Below, piece after piece: positions 12,213-24,809 of a stretch of DNA of 64,000 bases (within the stretch, counting starts at the first letter, position 1; each line of letters starts with the position of its first letter). The translations under genes were made by a program, and so were the position numbers. Source of the stretch: Leucoraja erinacea (Eukaryota); NCBI RefSeq assembly GCF_028641065.1, contig NC_073379.1:81034001-81098000 (forward strand), in the 5' to 3' direction. A model generated the notes under the pieces. That model was not told the origin of the DNA and did not search any database. It worked only from the letters and a program-made list of their open reading frames with translations.

Positions 12213-13148
12213 CTAGTTTAAAGTCTCCCCAGTAGCCTTTGCAAATCTCCCCATCAGGATATTGGTCCCTCTCGAGTTCAAGTGCAACCCGTCCTTTCTG
12301 TACAGGTCGCACCTTCCCCAAAAGAGGTCCCAATGATCCAGAAACTTGAATCCATACCCACTGCACCAGTCCCTCCTCCACGCATTTATCCTCCACCTCG
12401 CTCCATTCCTACTCTCACTGTCGCGTGGCACAGGCAGTAATCCTGAGATTGTTACCTTTGCAGCCCTTCTCCTTAACTCTCTACCTAACTCCCTAAATTC
12501 TTCTTTCAGGACCTCTTCTCTTTTTTTACCTATGTTGTTGGTACCTATATGTACCACAACCTCAGGCTCCTCTCCCTCCCATTTCAGGATATCTTGGACA
12601 CGTTCAGACACATCCCTGACCCTGGCACCAGGGAGGCAAACTACCATCCGGGTCTCCTGTCTGCGTCCACAGAATCGCCTATCCGACCCCCTGACTATAG
12701 AGTCCCCTATTACAATTGCCCTCCTCTTCTTTTCCTTACCCTTCTGAGCAACAGGACCAGTCTTTGTGCCAGAGGCCCGGCCGCTGTCACTGCCCCCAGG
12801 TAGGCTGTTTCCCCCACCCTTACTCAAGCATGAGTACTTATTTTCAAGGTGTACAGCCACCGGGGTACTCACCAGTCCCTGCCTCTGCCCGTTGCCCTTC
12901 CTAACTGTGACCCAGTTTTCTGTCTCCCGTGGTCTTGTAGTGACCACCTCCCTGTAACTCCTTTCTATGACCTCCTCGCTCTCCCTGAGCAGACAGAGGT
13001 CATCGAGTTGCTGCTCCAGGTTCCTGACACGGTCCCTTAGGAGCCCCAACTCGACGTACCTGTCGCAGATGTGGACATCTGGAGGGCACTCAGACTCCAT
13101 GACCTCCCACATCTGACATCCAGAACAGTAAACTGCCCTGGCACTCAT
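12213..13148 (-). CDS. CR1 ORF1 protein (zinc finger/leucine zipper plus SGNH esterase-like domain), uninterrupted
   Basis: CSGC..HIC.R.., leucine heptads, IGDSIVRG, CLPGA, VHIGTNN, DGLHLN blocks; open from MSARAV to stop. Confidence 0.9.
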   Translation of the reverse strand: MSARAVYCSGCQMWEVMESECPPDVHICDRYVELGLLRDRVRNLEQQLDDLCLLRESEEVIERSYREVVTTRPRETENWVTVRKGNGQRQGLVSTPVAVHLENKYSCLSKGGGNSLPGGSDSGRASGTKTGPVAQKGKEKKRRAIVIGDSIVRGSDRRFCGRRQETRMVVCLPGARVRDVSERVQDILKWEGEEPEVVVHIGTNNIGKKREEVLKEEFRELGRELRRRAAKVTISGLLPVPRDSESRNGARWRINAWRRDWCSGYGFKFLDHWDLFWGRCDLYRKDGLHLNSRGTNILMGRFAKATGETLN

Positions 13149-13290
13149 TCTCCCCCTTATCCAAATACAATACAAAGCCTTACCCGGGATACAAGCCAAT
13201 CAGCTGCTTCCTCTGGTCCTCTTCCACCAATCAGAGGCTTCCACCAGAATCCTTCTCTGGAAGTGAGATGGAACGTTGCAGATTTGGGTA

Positions 13291-13653
13291 ACTCACAGCT
13301 CCAGGTAACTCCTCCTCGCACCAACGGCTCCCCGGGCCTCTGTAGAAGCAAGCCCCACGCTGTTTTTATACTCACAGCTCCAGGTAACTCCTCCTCGCAC
13401 CAACGGCTCCCCGGGCCTCTGTAGAAGCAAGCCCCGCGCTGTTTTTATACTCACAGCTCCAGGTAACTCCTCCTCGCACCAACGGCTCCCCGGGCCTCTG
13501 TAGAAGCAAGCCCCGCGCTGTTTTTATACTCACAGCTCCAGGTAACTCCTCCTCGCACCAACGGCTCCCCGGGCCTCTGTAGAAGCAAGCCCCGCGCTGT
13601 TTTTATACTCACAGCTCCAGGTAACTCCTCCTCGCACCAACGGCCCCCCGGGC
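13291..13653 (-). repeat. 79-bp tandem array (about 4.6 near-identical copies) upstream of CR1 ORF1
   Basis: Units start at 13291, 13370, 13449, 13528 and 13607; each full unit has TATAAAAA on the minus strand. Confidence 0.95.
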
Positions 13654-14520
13654 TTCAGGGATTTATTCTCCTAGCACCCGGAAGGAGCGTTACCTTCATG
13701 GTTGACAGGCGAGAAGACCAATCTGCTGATCCCACGGTTTTTTAAACTTGCATAACTTTTCTATTATTTCACCGATCGGAACAAAACTTGAGGCGCTTGG
13801 AGCAGAGGAGTACGGTGAGTAAGATGGCAAAAAAATCATAGCAATATAGGGTAGTGTTTTTGTGCAAATGTATTTACCACATAGACCAGAAGTGGTCAAG
13901 GTGAGAGTTTTAGTATTAGTATAGATGAAGAGCCTAATGCCTGTTGTAGGAACATATTGGCACTGCGTACACGTTACACCTATCCTGCAGACACCAAAGA
14001 CAAGCATTCCCAATTAGAGGTCTGCAGCTTACCAAAATCCACAAGCAGGTCTCAAGAGGTTCACCAAAAGATAAGAGGGAGAAATCTGGCTCCATAACAG
14101 GAATGCAGGTGTTACCAACTGTGCTACCATTCCCACTGTTCACATATTCCCTGCCCTGACATCTGCTAAAAGGATGAGTTCATGTTCAAATTAGCTACAT
14201 TTGAAGATGCTAAAGGATCTGTTTCGCTCACCCTCCTTTTTTAAAATAGTGTGGTTATATTTACATTAGTCCAAACTGCAGAAAGCATTCTATAATCTAT
14301 AGAAATTTGGCGCTGAAGTATCAAGTACAGCTAACTGGATTGGCCAATTATATCACTCTACCTTTCTTTCCAAAGCTAGAGGTACTGCATTATAATTCGT
14401 AAAGGTATACCATTTAAACATAAAGCCACTATAGCAGATAAGGAGGGTAGGGGTACATCATAGTATCTGGGGAGATATATTCTATCCCACTTACTATGGT
14501 GAATATTTACACTCCCAACT

Positions 14521-15145
14521 TTGATAACCATATAATAACCATATAACCATATAACAATTACAGCACAGAAACAGGCCATCTCGACCCTTCTAGTCCGTGC
14601 CGAACACATAATCTCCCCTAGTCCCATATACCTGCGCTCAGACCATAACCCTCCATTCCCTTCCCATCCATATAACTATCCAATTTATTTTTAAATGATA
14701 AAAATGAACCTGCCTCCACCACCTTCACTGGAAGCTCATTCCACACAGCTACCACTCTCTGAGTAAAGAAGTTCCCCCCTCATGTTACCCCTAAACTTCA
14801 GCCCCTAATTCTCATGTCATGTCCCCTTGTTTGAATCTTCCCTACTCTCAGTGGGAAAAGCTTTTCCACGTCAACTCTGTCTATCCCTCTCATCATTTTA
14901 AAAACCTCTATCAAGTCCCCCCTTAACCTTCTGCGCTCCAAAGAATAAAGCCCTAACTTGTTCAACCTTTCTCTGTAACTTAGTTGCTGAAACCCAGGCA
15001 ACATTCTAGTAAATCTCCTCTGTACTCTCTCTATTTTGTTGACATCCTTCCTATAATTAGGCGACCAAAATTGTACGCCATACTCCAGAAATGGCCTCAC
15101 CAATGCCTTGTACAATTTTAACATTACATCCCAACTTCTATACTA
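14521..15145 (-). mobile_element. Young 5'-truncated CR1 LINE
   Basis: ORF 14798-15124 (LYKALVRPFLEYGVQFWSP..LERRRLRGDLIEVFK..TRGH); 8-bp tandem tail (ATATGGTT)n. Confidence 0.9.
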
Positions 15146-15146
15146 T

Positions 15147-17236
15147 GATAACCCACAATTTTTTAATAAAATAATTAATATAATCTCAGATTCCACCCAG
15201 CAAAATCTGATAATTGGAGGAGATTTAAATTGTGTTCTGGATCAATAACTGGATAAATATTCACAACAATGGAGATATAATACAAAATCAAAATCTAGCG
15301 AACTCCTAAACACGTATATAAAAAATACAAATGTAACAGACGTATGGAGGATTGTGAATCCATCTGGAAGAGAATATTCCTTCTATTCAGCTGTGCATAA
15401 AACGTATACACGTATTGATTATTTTCTGGTGGACACAAAATTAATACCTTTTACAACAAATACCAAATATCATAATAATATTATTTCTGATCATTCTCCT
15501 CTAACTTTCTCCCTAAAACTACATGTTATGTACAATAGAAAAACGTTTAGGAGATTTAATCCCCAAATATTAACTGACCCAGCTTGCTGTGAATATCTGA
15601 AGCAACAGATGGAATTGTTTTATGACACAAATGATACACCAGGTATTTCGGCTTCGTTATTATGGAAATCTTTTAAGGCCTTTATTAGAGGTTCTATTAT
15701 CTCATATCAAGCATATCAAGATAAAAATAATAGGATGGAACAACTGGAATTAGAAGAACAGATCAGACAGCTGGATTCAGAAAATGCTATAGATCCTTCT
15801 ATGGATAAACAAAATAAGATAGCAGTATTAAAATTCAAGTTAAATCAAATTCTCTCTGCAAGAGTTATCAGGCTATTTCAAATTACTAAACAGAAAAACT
15901 TTGAATTCGGCGACAAACCGCATAAACTTCTGGCACGCCAGTTGAGAAAAATGGAAAAAGATCATACTATTCAAAAAATTAGATCAGAAAAGGTGAGTTG
16001 TTTACACTCCCTAAAGATATTGACAAAAGATTGTTACAATTCTATCAAAATTAATACACATCTAAAACTTCAGTAGAAACGATAAAAATTAAAAACTTCC
16101 TCGACAATTGCAATCTTCCATCACTTAATGTTGCAGAACGTGAAGAATTAGGAGCACAGATCACAATAAAAGAAATTGAAGAGACTATTAATTCACTGAA
16201 TAAAGGTAAAACGCCAGGCCCAGACTGATTTAGTAATGAATTTTATTAAAAAAATTATGATTTAATCTCCCCGCATTTACAAGCCCTTTATATACACACA
16301 TTTAAAGAACAGACGCAACCACAAACTTTAGCCAAATCAACTATTACACTGATACCCAAAAAAGATAAAGATCTCGAAGAATCGGGATCATATAGAGCAA
16401 TAACTCTGCTAAATACATATCAGGAAATATTAGCTAAAACCCTGGCAAGAAGATTAAGCAAATACGTTAGTAAATTAATAGATTCTGATCAAACTGGGTT
16501 TATACCCAAGAGACAATCAATCAACAACTTGAGACGCATGTTTCATATAATGCACTCATATAGAATGATAAAAGAAGACTTACCAATTATTTCATTAGAT
16601 GCAGAAAAAGCATTTGACCAAGTAGAATGGAAATATCTTTTTACAGTATTGCAAAAATTTCAATTAGGAGAAAACTTTATTTCATGGATAAAGTTGTTAT
16701 ATGACAAGCCGACTGCCAGAATACTGACTAATCAAACACTCTCACCTAATTTTCAGTTATCCAGGGGCAATAGACAGGGCTGTGCATTATCACCTCTGTT
16801 ATTTTCCCTTGCGATTGAAGCTTTAGCAGAAAGCATAAGAGTACATCCGAATATTCATGGCTATAATACTAAATATTCTAACAATAAAATATCATTGTAT
16901 GCAGATGATGTACTACTATATATCACCAATTCTCAAGTTAGTATTCCAAACATACTAAATCTTATAGAGGAATTCGATTCCTTTTCAGGATATAGAATAA
17001 ACTGGAACAAAAGTGAAATTATGTCAATAAAACCTCAAGATCCGACACACTTTCTAAAATTTCCTTTTAGAATTGCTATGGAAAAAATTAAATATCTAGG
17101 AGTTTACGTAACTAGAAAATACACTTCATTATTTCAAGCAAACTTTCCACACTTAATTACTAAACTAAATGCCCTTATTCAATTTTGGAAAACATTTCCG
17201 ATTTCCCTCATAGGTAGAATAAATGCCATAAAGATG
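15147..17236 (+). mobile_element. L1-clade ORF2 fragment (endonuclease C-terminus to RT), disrupted
   Basis: IIGGDLN, RIDYFL, ISDHSP, SLDAEKAFD, RQGCALSPLLF, LYADD motifs; stops and frameshifts at about 16000-16250. Confidence 0.9.
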
Positions 17237-17239
17237 ATG

Positions 17240-17540
17240 AGGACAGCACATTGACATTGTGGTATAGTTGCTGCCTTACAGCTCCAGGGACCTAGGTTTG
17301 ATCCTGACTGCAGGTGTTGTCTGTACTGATATTGTATATTTTCCCTGTGACAGCATGGGTTTTCTCTGGGTGCTCCGGTTTCCTCCCACATTCCAAAGAC
17401 GTGAAGGTTGTAGGTTAATTGGCTTGTATAAAAAATGTTCCTGGAGTGTAGGATAGAACTAATGCATGGGTGATCATTGGTCGGCGCGGACTCAGTGGGC
17501 AAAGGTGTTTCCATGCTGAATCTCAACACTAAACTAAACT
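17240..17540 (+). mobile_element. V-SINE (HE1-like)
   Basis: tRNA-like head, V-domain, (TAAAC)n tail. Confidence 0.85.
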
Positions 17541-18479
17541 GGTTTGTGTCAAAGACCCAGTGGTAGCAACAGTGCACTGAGGCTCAATGCATTCTACACT
17601 ACTAATTCAACCTTGGCAGAGGAAAGGCCTTTCTTCTATATGCTCCACCACAACAGATAATGCAGTGGGGATTGGATGTAAGGCTGTTGCTGGGAGCTGA
17701 ATTGTAGGATTCTTGGATGAGAAAGACTCGCGTTTTGGAGAGGAGTGTAGGGGATTTGAGGGGTAGCTGTTGGCACCAATCAGTAAATAAATTGTCTGGG
17801 TTTAGTGGGATCAAGAATCCCTGTGAGCTTGGCTAGTGATTGCTGAAATCTTCTCGTAATGTGAAATTAATGTATCTAAATCAATAATGAGTGTAGAAAG
17901 AAAAATCTATAATTAGTGAAAATGATACAAAGACACAGGCTCACAAGAACCTCAGGTTATTCTGAGAATTCTTAAGTAAACTCCTGGTGAGGTGGTTATG
18001 TTAATCCTGCAAATGTGAGTTCAAATCCCACCATGGCAATTTGAGAATTAGAATTTGATTTTTTCTGTTTAAATCAGCAAATGAAGCTAATTGTTCTTGT
18101 AAGAATCCAGCTGGTTCATTAATGTCCTTTATGGACGGAAATCTCCCACTTGTCCCAAATGTAAACTAATCAGTTGTGTCGTTTTCTCAGGGGCAATAAG
18201 TGCCAGCAATGGCCATAACCAGAGAATGAAGATTTAAATTTGAGGTCACATTTCCTAATACATGTAAAATATGTAGACGCTATGCAAGCTTAATTTTGTT
18301 CAATGTATCAGTTTTTTTAAATCTTTGGTGAAAACTTTCAATACCACCATAATTGTCATGTTTATAGCTTTATATCTATGTTTTATTTCAGTTGTTACCG
18401 CAGTCTCTTTCATATTATATATTTTCACCTTGCCTTAATCTTTTATATAATTTGGTATTTTGCTTTTCATTGATATTAC

Positions 18480-18662
18480 TTGAGACTTAAGGCAGAAATA
18501 GATAGATAGATTCTTGATTAGTACAGGTGTCAGAGGTTATGGGGAGAAGGCAGGAGAATGGGGATAGGAGGGAGAGATAGATTAGCCATGATTGAATGAT
18601 TGTGCGTAGTAGACTTGATGGAACAAATGGCCTTATTCTACTCCTATCCCTTATGACCTTAC
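18480..18662 (+). mobile_element. CR1 3' end fragment
   Basis: ggttatggggagaaggcaggagaatggg..agccatgattgaatg..tggcct tail. Confidence 0.7.
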
Positions 18663-18954
18663 GACTTTGCAGTCTTCAGTTCACCTTGTTTTATCTCTGT
18701 TTCAATTCAGTTCACTTAAATTCATATTTAAGTTGATGCTTCAGGATAAAATATTAGAATATTGTTTCTCTAGATCATTGACTCAGCATTGCAGATTAAT
18801 GTCATCACTTTATATTGAAAATGCAATCCCTTAATATTTAAGATCCCTCTCAATACTTAGAACAGAATTTATAAATTCTGTTATCCATCGTTGTTTGTGA
18901 TCTGGACCACACACCGGGGTCGCTGAAAGAAGGGAAGTAATGTTTGTTCCATGC

Positions 18955-19380
18955 ATAGAATCATGGAGTTATGGAGTCATACAGCATTCAACAGGCCTAA
19001 TGCATTCATGCCGACCATGATGCCCACCAATGCTAATCCCATTTGTTCGTGTTCGACCGATATTCCTTTAAACATTTCCTTTCTATGTACGTGTCCAAAC
19101 GTATTTTAAATGTTATTGTAACATTCAGTGCCTCAATCACTTCCATATGCCCACTATGTGAATAATAGGGATTCAATCTTTCTCCTCTCACATTACACTT
19201 ATGCCCTCTAGTTCTTGATTCCTGTAACCTGGGAAAAAGAACGTGCATTCACCCTATCTATGTTTTTTATGATTTCACGCACCTCTATAAGACCCTCCTC
19301 AGTCTCCTTTGCTTCAAGGAATAAAGAGATACTCTGCCCAAACTCTCCCTATAACTAGTCCCTTGATTCCTGGCAACATT
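18955..19380 (-). mobile_element. CR1 3' fragment
   Basis: ESRTRGH motif and the CR1 3' UTR in reverse. Confidence 0.7.
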
Positions 19381-19728
19381 CTCCCTTTTTCAACTTTCTC
19401 CTCCCTACTCCAATCAGTCTAAAGAAGGGTTCCAACCCAAAGCATTGCCTGTCCACTCTCTCCCCAGGTGCTGCTTGACATGCAGAGTTTCTCCAGCACT
19501 TTTGCATCTTTTCTAGGTGGTTCAGTGTCAATTGCTGTTTCAAAATGTTGCCGTGAAGCATTTTGGTACCTCTTGATCCATAGTATACTAGTTGTTCTTG
19601 CTGTAAAGACACAAATGGCAGACAATAGGTACATGTACGTTGATGTGGCCTCAGATCTTCACAGGTGCTCCCCGACACCAAGAGCTGGCTTTTTCCCTAT
19701 ATTTCAGCTAAGCAATGAATACTATCAC

Positions 19729-19895
19729 CAAGTCAAGTCAAGTCAAGTCAAGTTTATTTGTCACATACACATACGAGATGTGCAGTGAAATGAAAGTGGC
19801 AATGCTCGCGGACTTTTGTGCAAAAGACAAACAACAAAACAACCAAACAAATTATAAACACAATCATAACACACATATTCTTTTACATAATACAC
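19729..19895 (-). mobile_element. Rex1-type LINE 3' tail
   Basis: (CAAGT)n plus tttatttgtcacatacacatacgagatgtgcagtgaaatgaaagtggc, as at 651-730. Confidence 0.75.
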
Positions 19896-21250
19896 AACTT
19901 GCCAGGCAATATGTGACATATCTTCCGTCTCTTCAATGGTATTAATATAAATTTAAATGCTCAAGTTCAAGCTCACATTTATAGTCACATGCACCAATTA
20001 AGGTACAGTGATATTTGAATTACCATACAGCCATACAAGTAAAACAAAACACAATACACAATAATTTTAACATAAACATCCACTACAGTGGAATCAACAT
20101 TTCTCACTGTGATGGAAGGTAATAAAGTTCAGTCATCGTCCTCCTTTGGTACATAGATTAACATGGTTACATAGGTCTAGGCCTGATTAAATCGCAGAGG
20201 GAGGAATTTCAGACGAACACATTGGCATTCTATGACACTTTTCAGGATACAGTGAGGCCCACGTTTCCCCATTGCTTTAATATTTTTCTATTTAAGTTGA
20301 TTTAATCCACCTTACCCAGTTTGAAAAAAAAAGCAATATTCTTTTGATGTTCACTGATGTATTTCTGGGTACTCTATTTCCATAAAAGTAAATGAATCCT
20401 GACTCCAAGAAATCATACAATCAGAAGGAATTTGAACAATGCCCAAGTATGCTGATGTCAATCAAAATATTTACTCTCATTTGTTTCTGCTTTCTACTTT
20501 ATGATTAATTACACATAACATCACAGTGACAGACAATTAACTGTTATGATATCATCATGCTTAGCAACCACCTGCACCTAAGTGCTAGGTAACAATGCAT
20601 CATCCAGCATCAAGATTTTTGCACACAATCAGAATATCGGGTACAGCTGAAGGCTTCATGGAGACTTAAGTTAAAGGTATTATCACCTATTATTTCTCTG
20701 TCTAACTGTTTAACTGTTACAGTATTTCATACTTTAGATGAAGAATAAATAAAGGTTCACTGTAAATGTGGAGTTGGTAAAATGTTTTGATTAAAATGGC
20801 TAAAATAGCCTGGAATTATCAGTCATCTTTGGTGCCCCTTTGACTATCCTTGATTGGACTTTGTTGGCTTTACTTTGCACTAATCGTTATTCCCTTTATC
20901 ATGTATCTATACACTGGAAATGGATCGATTGTAATCATGTATTATCTTGCTGCTGACTGGTTCGCTCGCAACAAAAGCGTTTTCACTGTACCTTGGTACA
21001 CGTGACAATAAATAAACTAAACTAAACTAAACTAAACTAACCTGAACCATAAGTTCCCAAACTTGTGTATTCATGTCAGGATCAGAAACTAAAACAAACA
21101 GCTGGGGGTTATTGAAGAAATATCACATGAAGAGTCAGATTTTAAATCCTGTCAGCTAACCTGATGCAGTAGGAACTCATTCTAGATGTACAATGATGAC
21201 TTTTGCAGACTATTGTTAATTTATCATTACAATCTGTTGATGTTTTCCAG

Positions 21251-21283
21251 CTTACATTTACTTCCCTGGTACATAAGAATAAG
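21251..21283 (+). CDS. Candidate 33-nt coding exon (LTFTSLVHKNK), phase 0-0
   Basis: tgttttccag acceptor and AAG|gtgagg donor; phase-compatible with 23203. Confidence 0.3.
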
Positions 21284-21923
21284 GTGAGGTGATTTGATGG
21301 ATTCCTGTTGCATGGGCCATAGACTTGATAATGTGAACCAATCAGAAATAAGTGATACATTTATAGTTAGTTAATTATGTGCATTCATGATGATTTATTA
21401 GCAACTGATATTTCTATTGCCCAGTGATTGACCAGTTTTAACCTTTTGAGATGCTTCATGTTATGCCAACATGCCATCAGCAAAATGAAATGACGGAGTA
21501 ATTGAGGGCTTCACTGTGAATTTAGAAAAGAGCTGAGCTAGTCATTAATGGTAAGATATGTATTGACAAGATATCTCAGTGGTTAATAAAAGTTAACAAC
21601 ATTTATTAAAATTAATATCCCCAAAAGCACACAAGAATAAATAGTATTTTGTGGACACACATTAACCAGCTGTTATTCCTTAAATCGCAGCAGAAATTGA
21701 AATGTAATTAAGTAATGGTAAAATGGAGAAAGCGCCCTAGAAAACTGAGATTACATTTACTGAAAAACTTACCCAATAGTGTGGAATGAGGGCAACGTAA
21801 TGTTTAGCATGGATATTCTCGATGGTGGGAATACATCTACCAGGATTCCTGCTTGCTAACAAGATTTTCTTTGAAAAGAGTGACTGTTAAATGCTAAAAG
21901 AACAATACCTGGATGAAATTTAT

Positions 21924-22265
21924 GGGCGGCATGGTGGCGTGGCAGTATATTTGCTTCCTTACAATGCTTGCAATGCCGGAGACCCGGGTTTAATCCCAAC
22001 TACGGGTGCTGTTTGTACGGAGTTTGTATTTACTCCCCACGACCAAGTGGGTTTTCTCCGAGATCTTTGGTTTCCTCCAACACTCCAAAGGCTTACAGGT
22101 TTGTAGGTTAATTGGCTTGGTAAATCTAAAAAAATGTCCCTTGGGTAGTGTTAATATGCGGGAATCGCTGGTCGGAGGGTCGAAGGGCCTGTTTCTGCTC
22201 TGTATCTATAAACTAACTAAACTAAACTAAACTAAACTAAACTAAACTAAACTAAACTAAACTAA
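21924..22265 (+). mobile_element. V-SINE (HE1-like) with long (TAAAC)n tail
   Basis: tRNA-like head, V-domain, about 11 TAAAC units. Confidence 0.85.
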
Positions 22266-22267
22266 AA

Positions 22268-22950
22268 ACACACTCCTTAGTTTCCTGCATAAAACTTTAT
22301 AGATTTTGGAATGATATTTTTGAAATACTTACAAAATTATTCAAGACAAGAATGGAACCTAATACTGAAATGATTATATTTGGTGTAATGGAAGATGGGA
22401 ATAAATTGAACACATCTCAAAATCTATTCCTTAATTATGGTTTAATAATAGCAAAAAAATTAATACTTAAATTTTGGAAGGGTACATCAATACCAACGCT
22501 TAAAATGTGGATTGCAAGTATGTTGGACACCGCTCATCTTGAGGAAATGCGATTCCTCCTAATGGATAAATCAGACCAATTCATAACGAGTTGGTCTCCA
22601 TTCGTCGTTTTTTTGGAATCATATGGTGCAACACAATTGTAAAAAATAACTGTTTCAGGACTGGACGAGGGTTGGTCAAGATTATAAATAATGATCTCCT
22701 TTTCTTTTCACTATTTTCTCTCTCAACTTTCTTCATTTACTCGTTTTCTTTCTTCACACACTATATATTTCACATTTTTCTATCCTTTACTATCTAACCT
22801 CTTTTTCTTATTCTCATCTTTTTTCAATGTAACAAAAAAAAAAAGAAGTTGTACATAAAATGTATTATGAAAATATATATTAGGCACTTTGGTGCCATAT
22901 GACTGTGCTTACTTCTAATAAAATATAATATTAAAAAAAAAAAAAAAAAA
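22268..22950 (+). mobile_element. 5'-truncated L1-clade LINE (ORF2 C-terminus, 3' UTR, poly-A)
   Basis: ORF 22352-22642 (AKKLILKFWK..PT..W..LEEMRF..W.PF); AATAAA then A18; flanked by TAAAC repeats on both sides. Confidence 0.85.
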
Positions 22951-23202
22951 CTAAACTAAATAGATGTAATGAAAATAAAGCCTTTGACTGTTCAAGTAAG
23001 TCATGATGAAGCACAAAGTAGAACACAGATGAATAGAAGTGAATAGTGAAACGATTATGTATGAACATTCTGGGTTAGCATGCCACACAGTAAGAAAAAG
23101 CATGTGTAGGTAAGTATAATGCCAATTCAGAACCACCCGAGGTCTTGGAAGGATGTAAAATGACTGTATAATGCACCTTTGATGTTGTCTTACGTTTTCT
23201 AG

Positions 23203-23296
23203 GCCTTGAAACAACCAGATTTGGAAGTAGAAAACACCAAAGATGGTAACATTTCAAAAACATGGAAAGATACTCTCAGCAAGATTCAATCCACTG
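23203..23296 (+). CDS. Candidate coding exon (ALKQPDLEVENTKDGNISKTWKDTLSKIQST), phase 0-1
   Basis: gtcttacgttttctag acceptor and CTG|gtaaga donor; only one frame is open. Confidence 0.4.
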
Positions 23297-23600
23297 GTAA
23301 GAATATATTTTTCCCCCGAATATGTATTACAAAGCTAAAATCTGATTGGATTGAAGCCAAGGTAGGATTTGGAGAACTAAAGAGGATATGTGAATAGCAG
23401 GTGCTTCCTTTTCTATTCAGCCAGTCTGTCACCAAATGATTGTCTGCAAGAACCTAAATGCGATATTCACAGAAAGAAAATAAGTAGTTGGAGAACTCAG
23501 ACATAGCCGTACAAGACAGTTAATATAAATCTTTCCCATTTTCATCTATCATTTAACAGTTAATTCTTCAATTGGCCATTCCTCCCTTTCTTTGCTGTGT

Positions 23601-23840
23601 CATAGAAACATAGAAACATAGAAATTAGGTGCAGGAGGAGGCCATTCGGTCCTTTGAGCCTGCACCGCCATTCAATATGATCATGGCTGATCATCCAACT
23701 CAGTATCCGTTCCTGCCTTCTCTCCATACCCCCTGATCCCCTTAGCCACAAGGGCCACATCTAACTCCCTCTTAAATATAGCCAATGAACTGGCCTCAAC
23801 TACCCTCTGTGGCAGAGAATTCCAGAGATTCACCACTCTG
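23601..23840 (-). mobile_element. CR1 3' end fragment (young)
   Basis: Near-identical reverse complement of 57965-58196; (ATAGAAAC)n tail. Confidence 0.85.
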
Positions 23841-24809
23841 TCTGTCTTCAGTAACAGATGGAACAGAACATTATTCAAAGATTATCCAAAATTGATCTGT
23901 ACTTTCCAAAGGCTTTTCCACCTGCTGCAAGTGATGCCATTTAAAGATTTTGAAGGCTAAATCAAAGGAAAAAATATTTTCAATAAGTAATTGATGAAAA
24001 ATAATATTGTCTCTTGAAACATTTACAAAATCAAATGATACAGCTGAGGATGATATAGAGGGAAGTTGGCACTGACCTCGTAATTGGGAAAAAATTGTGT
24101 TATGTGAGGCAAGGAAGGACTCTTGAAGTTTTGTCTCTATCGACAAAAATGCACAGTTTGAGATTGATTTCTCTCAGTGGCAACAATTTCCTTTTATATT
24201 TAATAGTAAGAAGTCCCATGGAGCATTACTGAGCCAGATTTGACATTGAGCAGATAGTAGAGTAGGTGAAGAAAAGATTTATCAAGTGGTAGAGTCATAG
24301 AATCATAAAGTCCCCCAACGTGGAAACAGACCTTTTAACTCAATTTGCCCATGCTGACCAACATGCCCAATCTACACTAGTCCCACCTGTCTGTTTGGAT
24401 AGAGGATCTAAAGAAGGTAAAGATGTGAAGACGGCTTGGGAAGAAAGTTTAGAGCTCGGTCAAGAAACTGAAGATAGAGCTGTCAAATTTGGTACAATTA
24501 AAATTGAGGATTCTCCAGAGTTCATCTATGCTGGAGTAAAGATATATCAGAGGTATTTGGTTCTGCAAGATGTCCCAGAAAAATTGAGGGGTGAGACCAC
24601 GGAGGTATTATAGTATACCATTCATTTTGAGAGGACTAGAATATAAAAGCAAGGATAAAATGCCGAGGCTTTACAGGTACTGGTCACCTATTGTCTCCTG
24701 TGTGCATCTTTATGGCAACAACATCATTTAGAACATTGTGAGCAGTTTTGGGCCCCATATCTGAAGGGGGATGGGCTGCTGGAGATGGTCAGAGGAGGTT
24801 TACGAGAAT

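Larger units (their letters stand above)
11744..13925 (-). mobile_element. Non-autonomous Helitron enclosing a CR1 5' half
   Basis: Minus strand starts A|TC (13925) and ends CTAG|T (11744); hairpin TGGGACCC-ATT-GGGTCCCA at 11754-11772, just inside the 3' end. Confidence 0.75.

Noticed and set aside
12213-13148. Host or horizontally acquired SGNH lipase gene
   Set aside because: Directly followed by the CR1 ORF2 start; the esterase domain is a known component of CR1-group ORF1
13291-13653. CRISPR-like regular repeat
   Set aside because: Head-to-tail 79-bp units without unique spacers, eukaryotic context, no cas genes
15147-22950. One L1 element split by 5 kb of insertions
   Set aside because: Much of ORF2 between the pieces is missing, and the 3' piece has its own insertion site within a SINE tail
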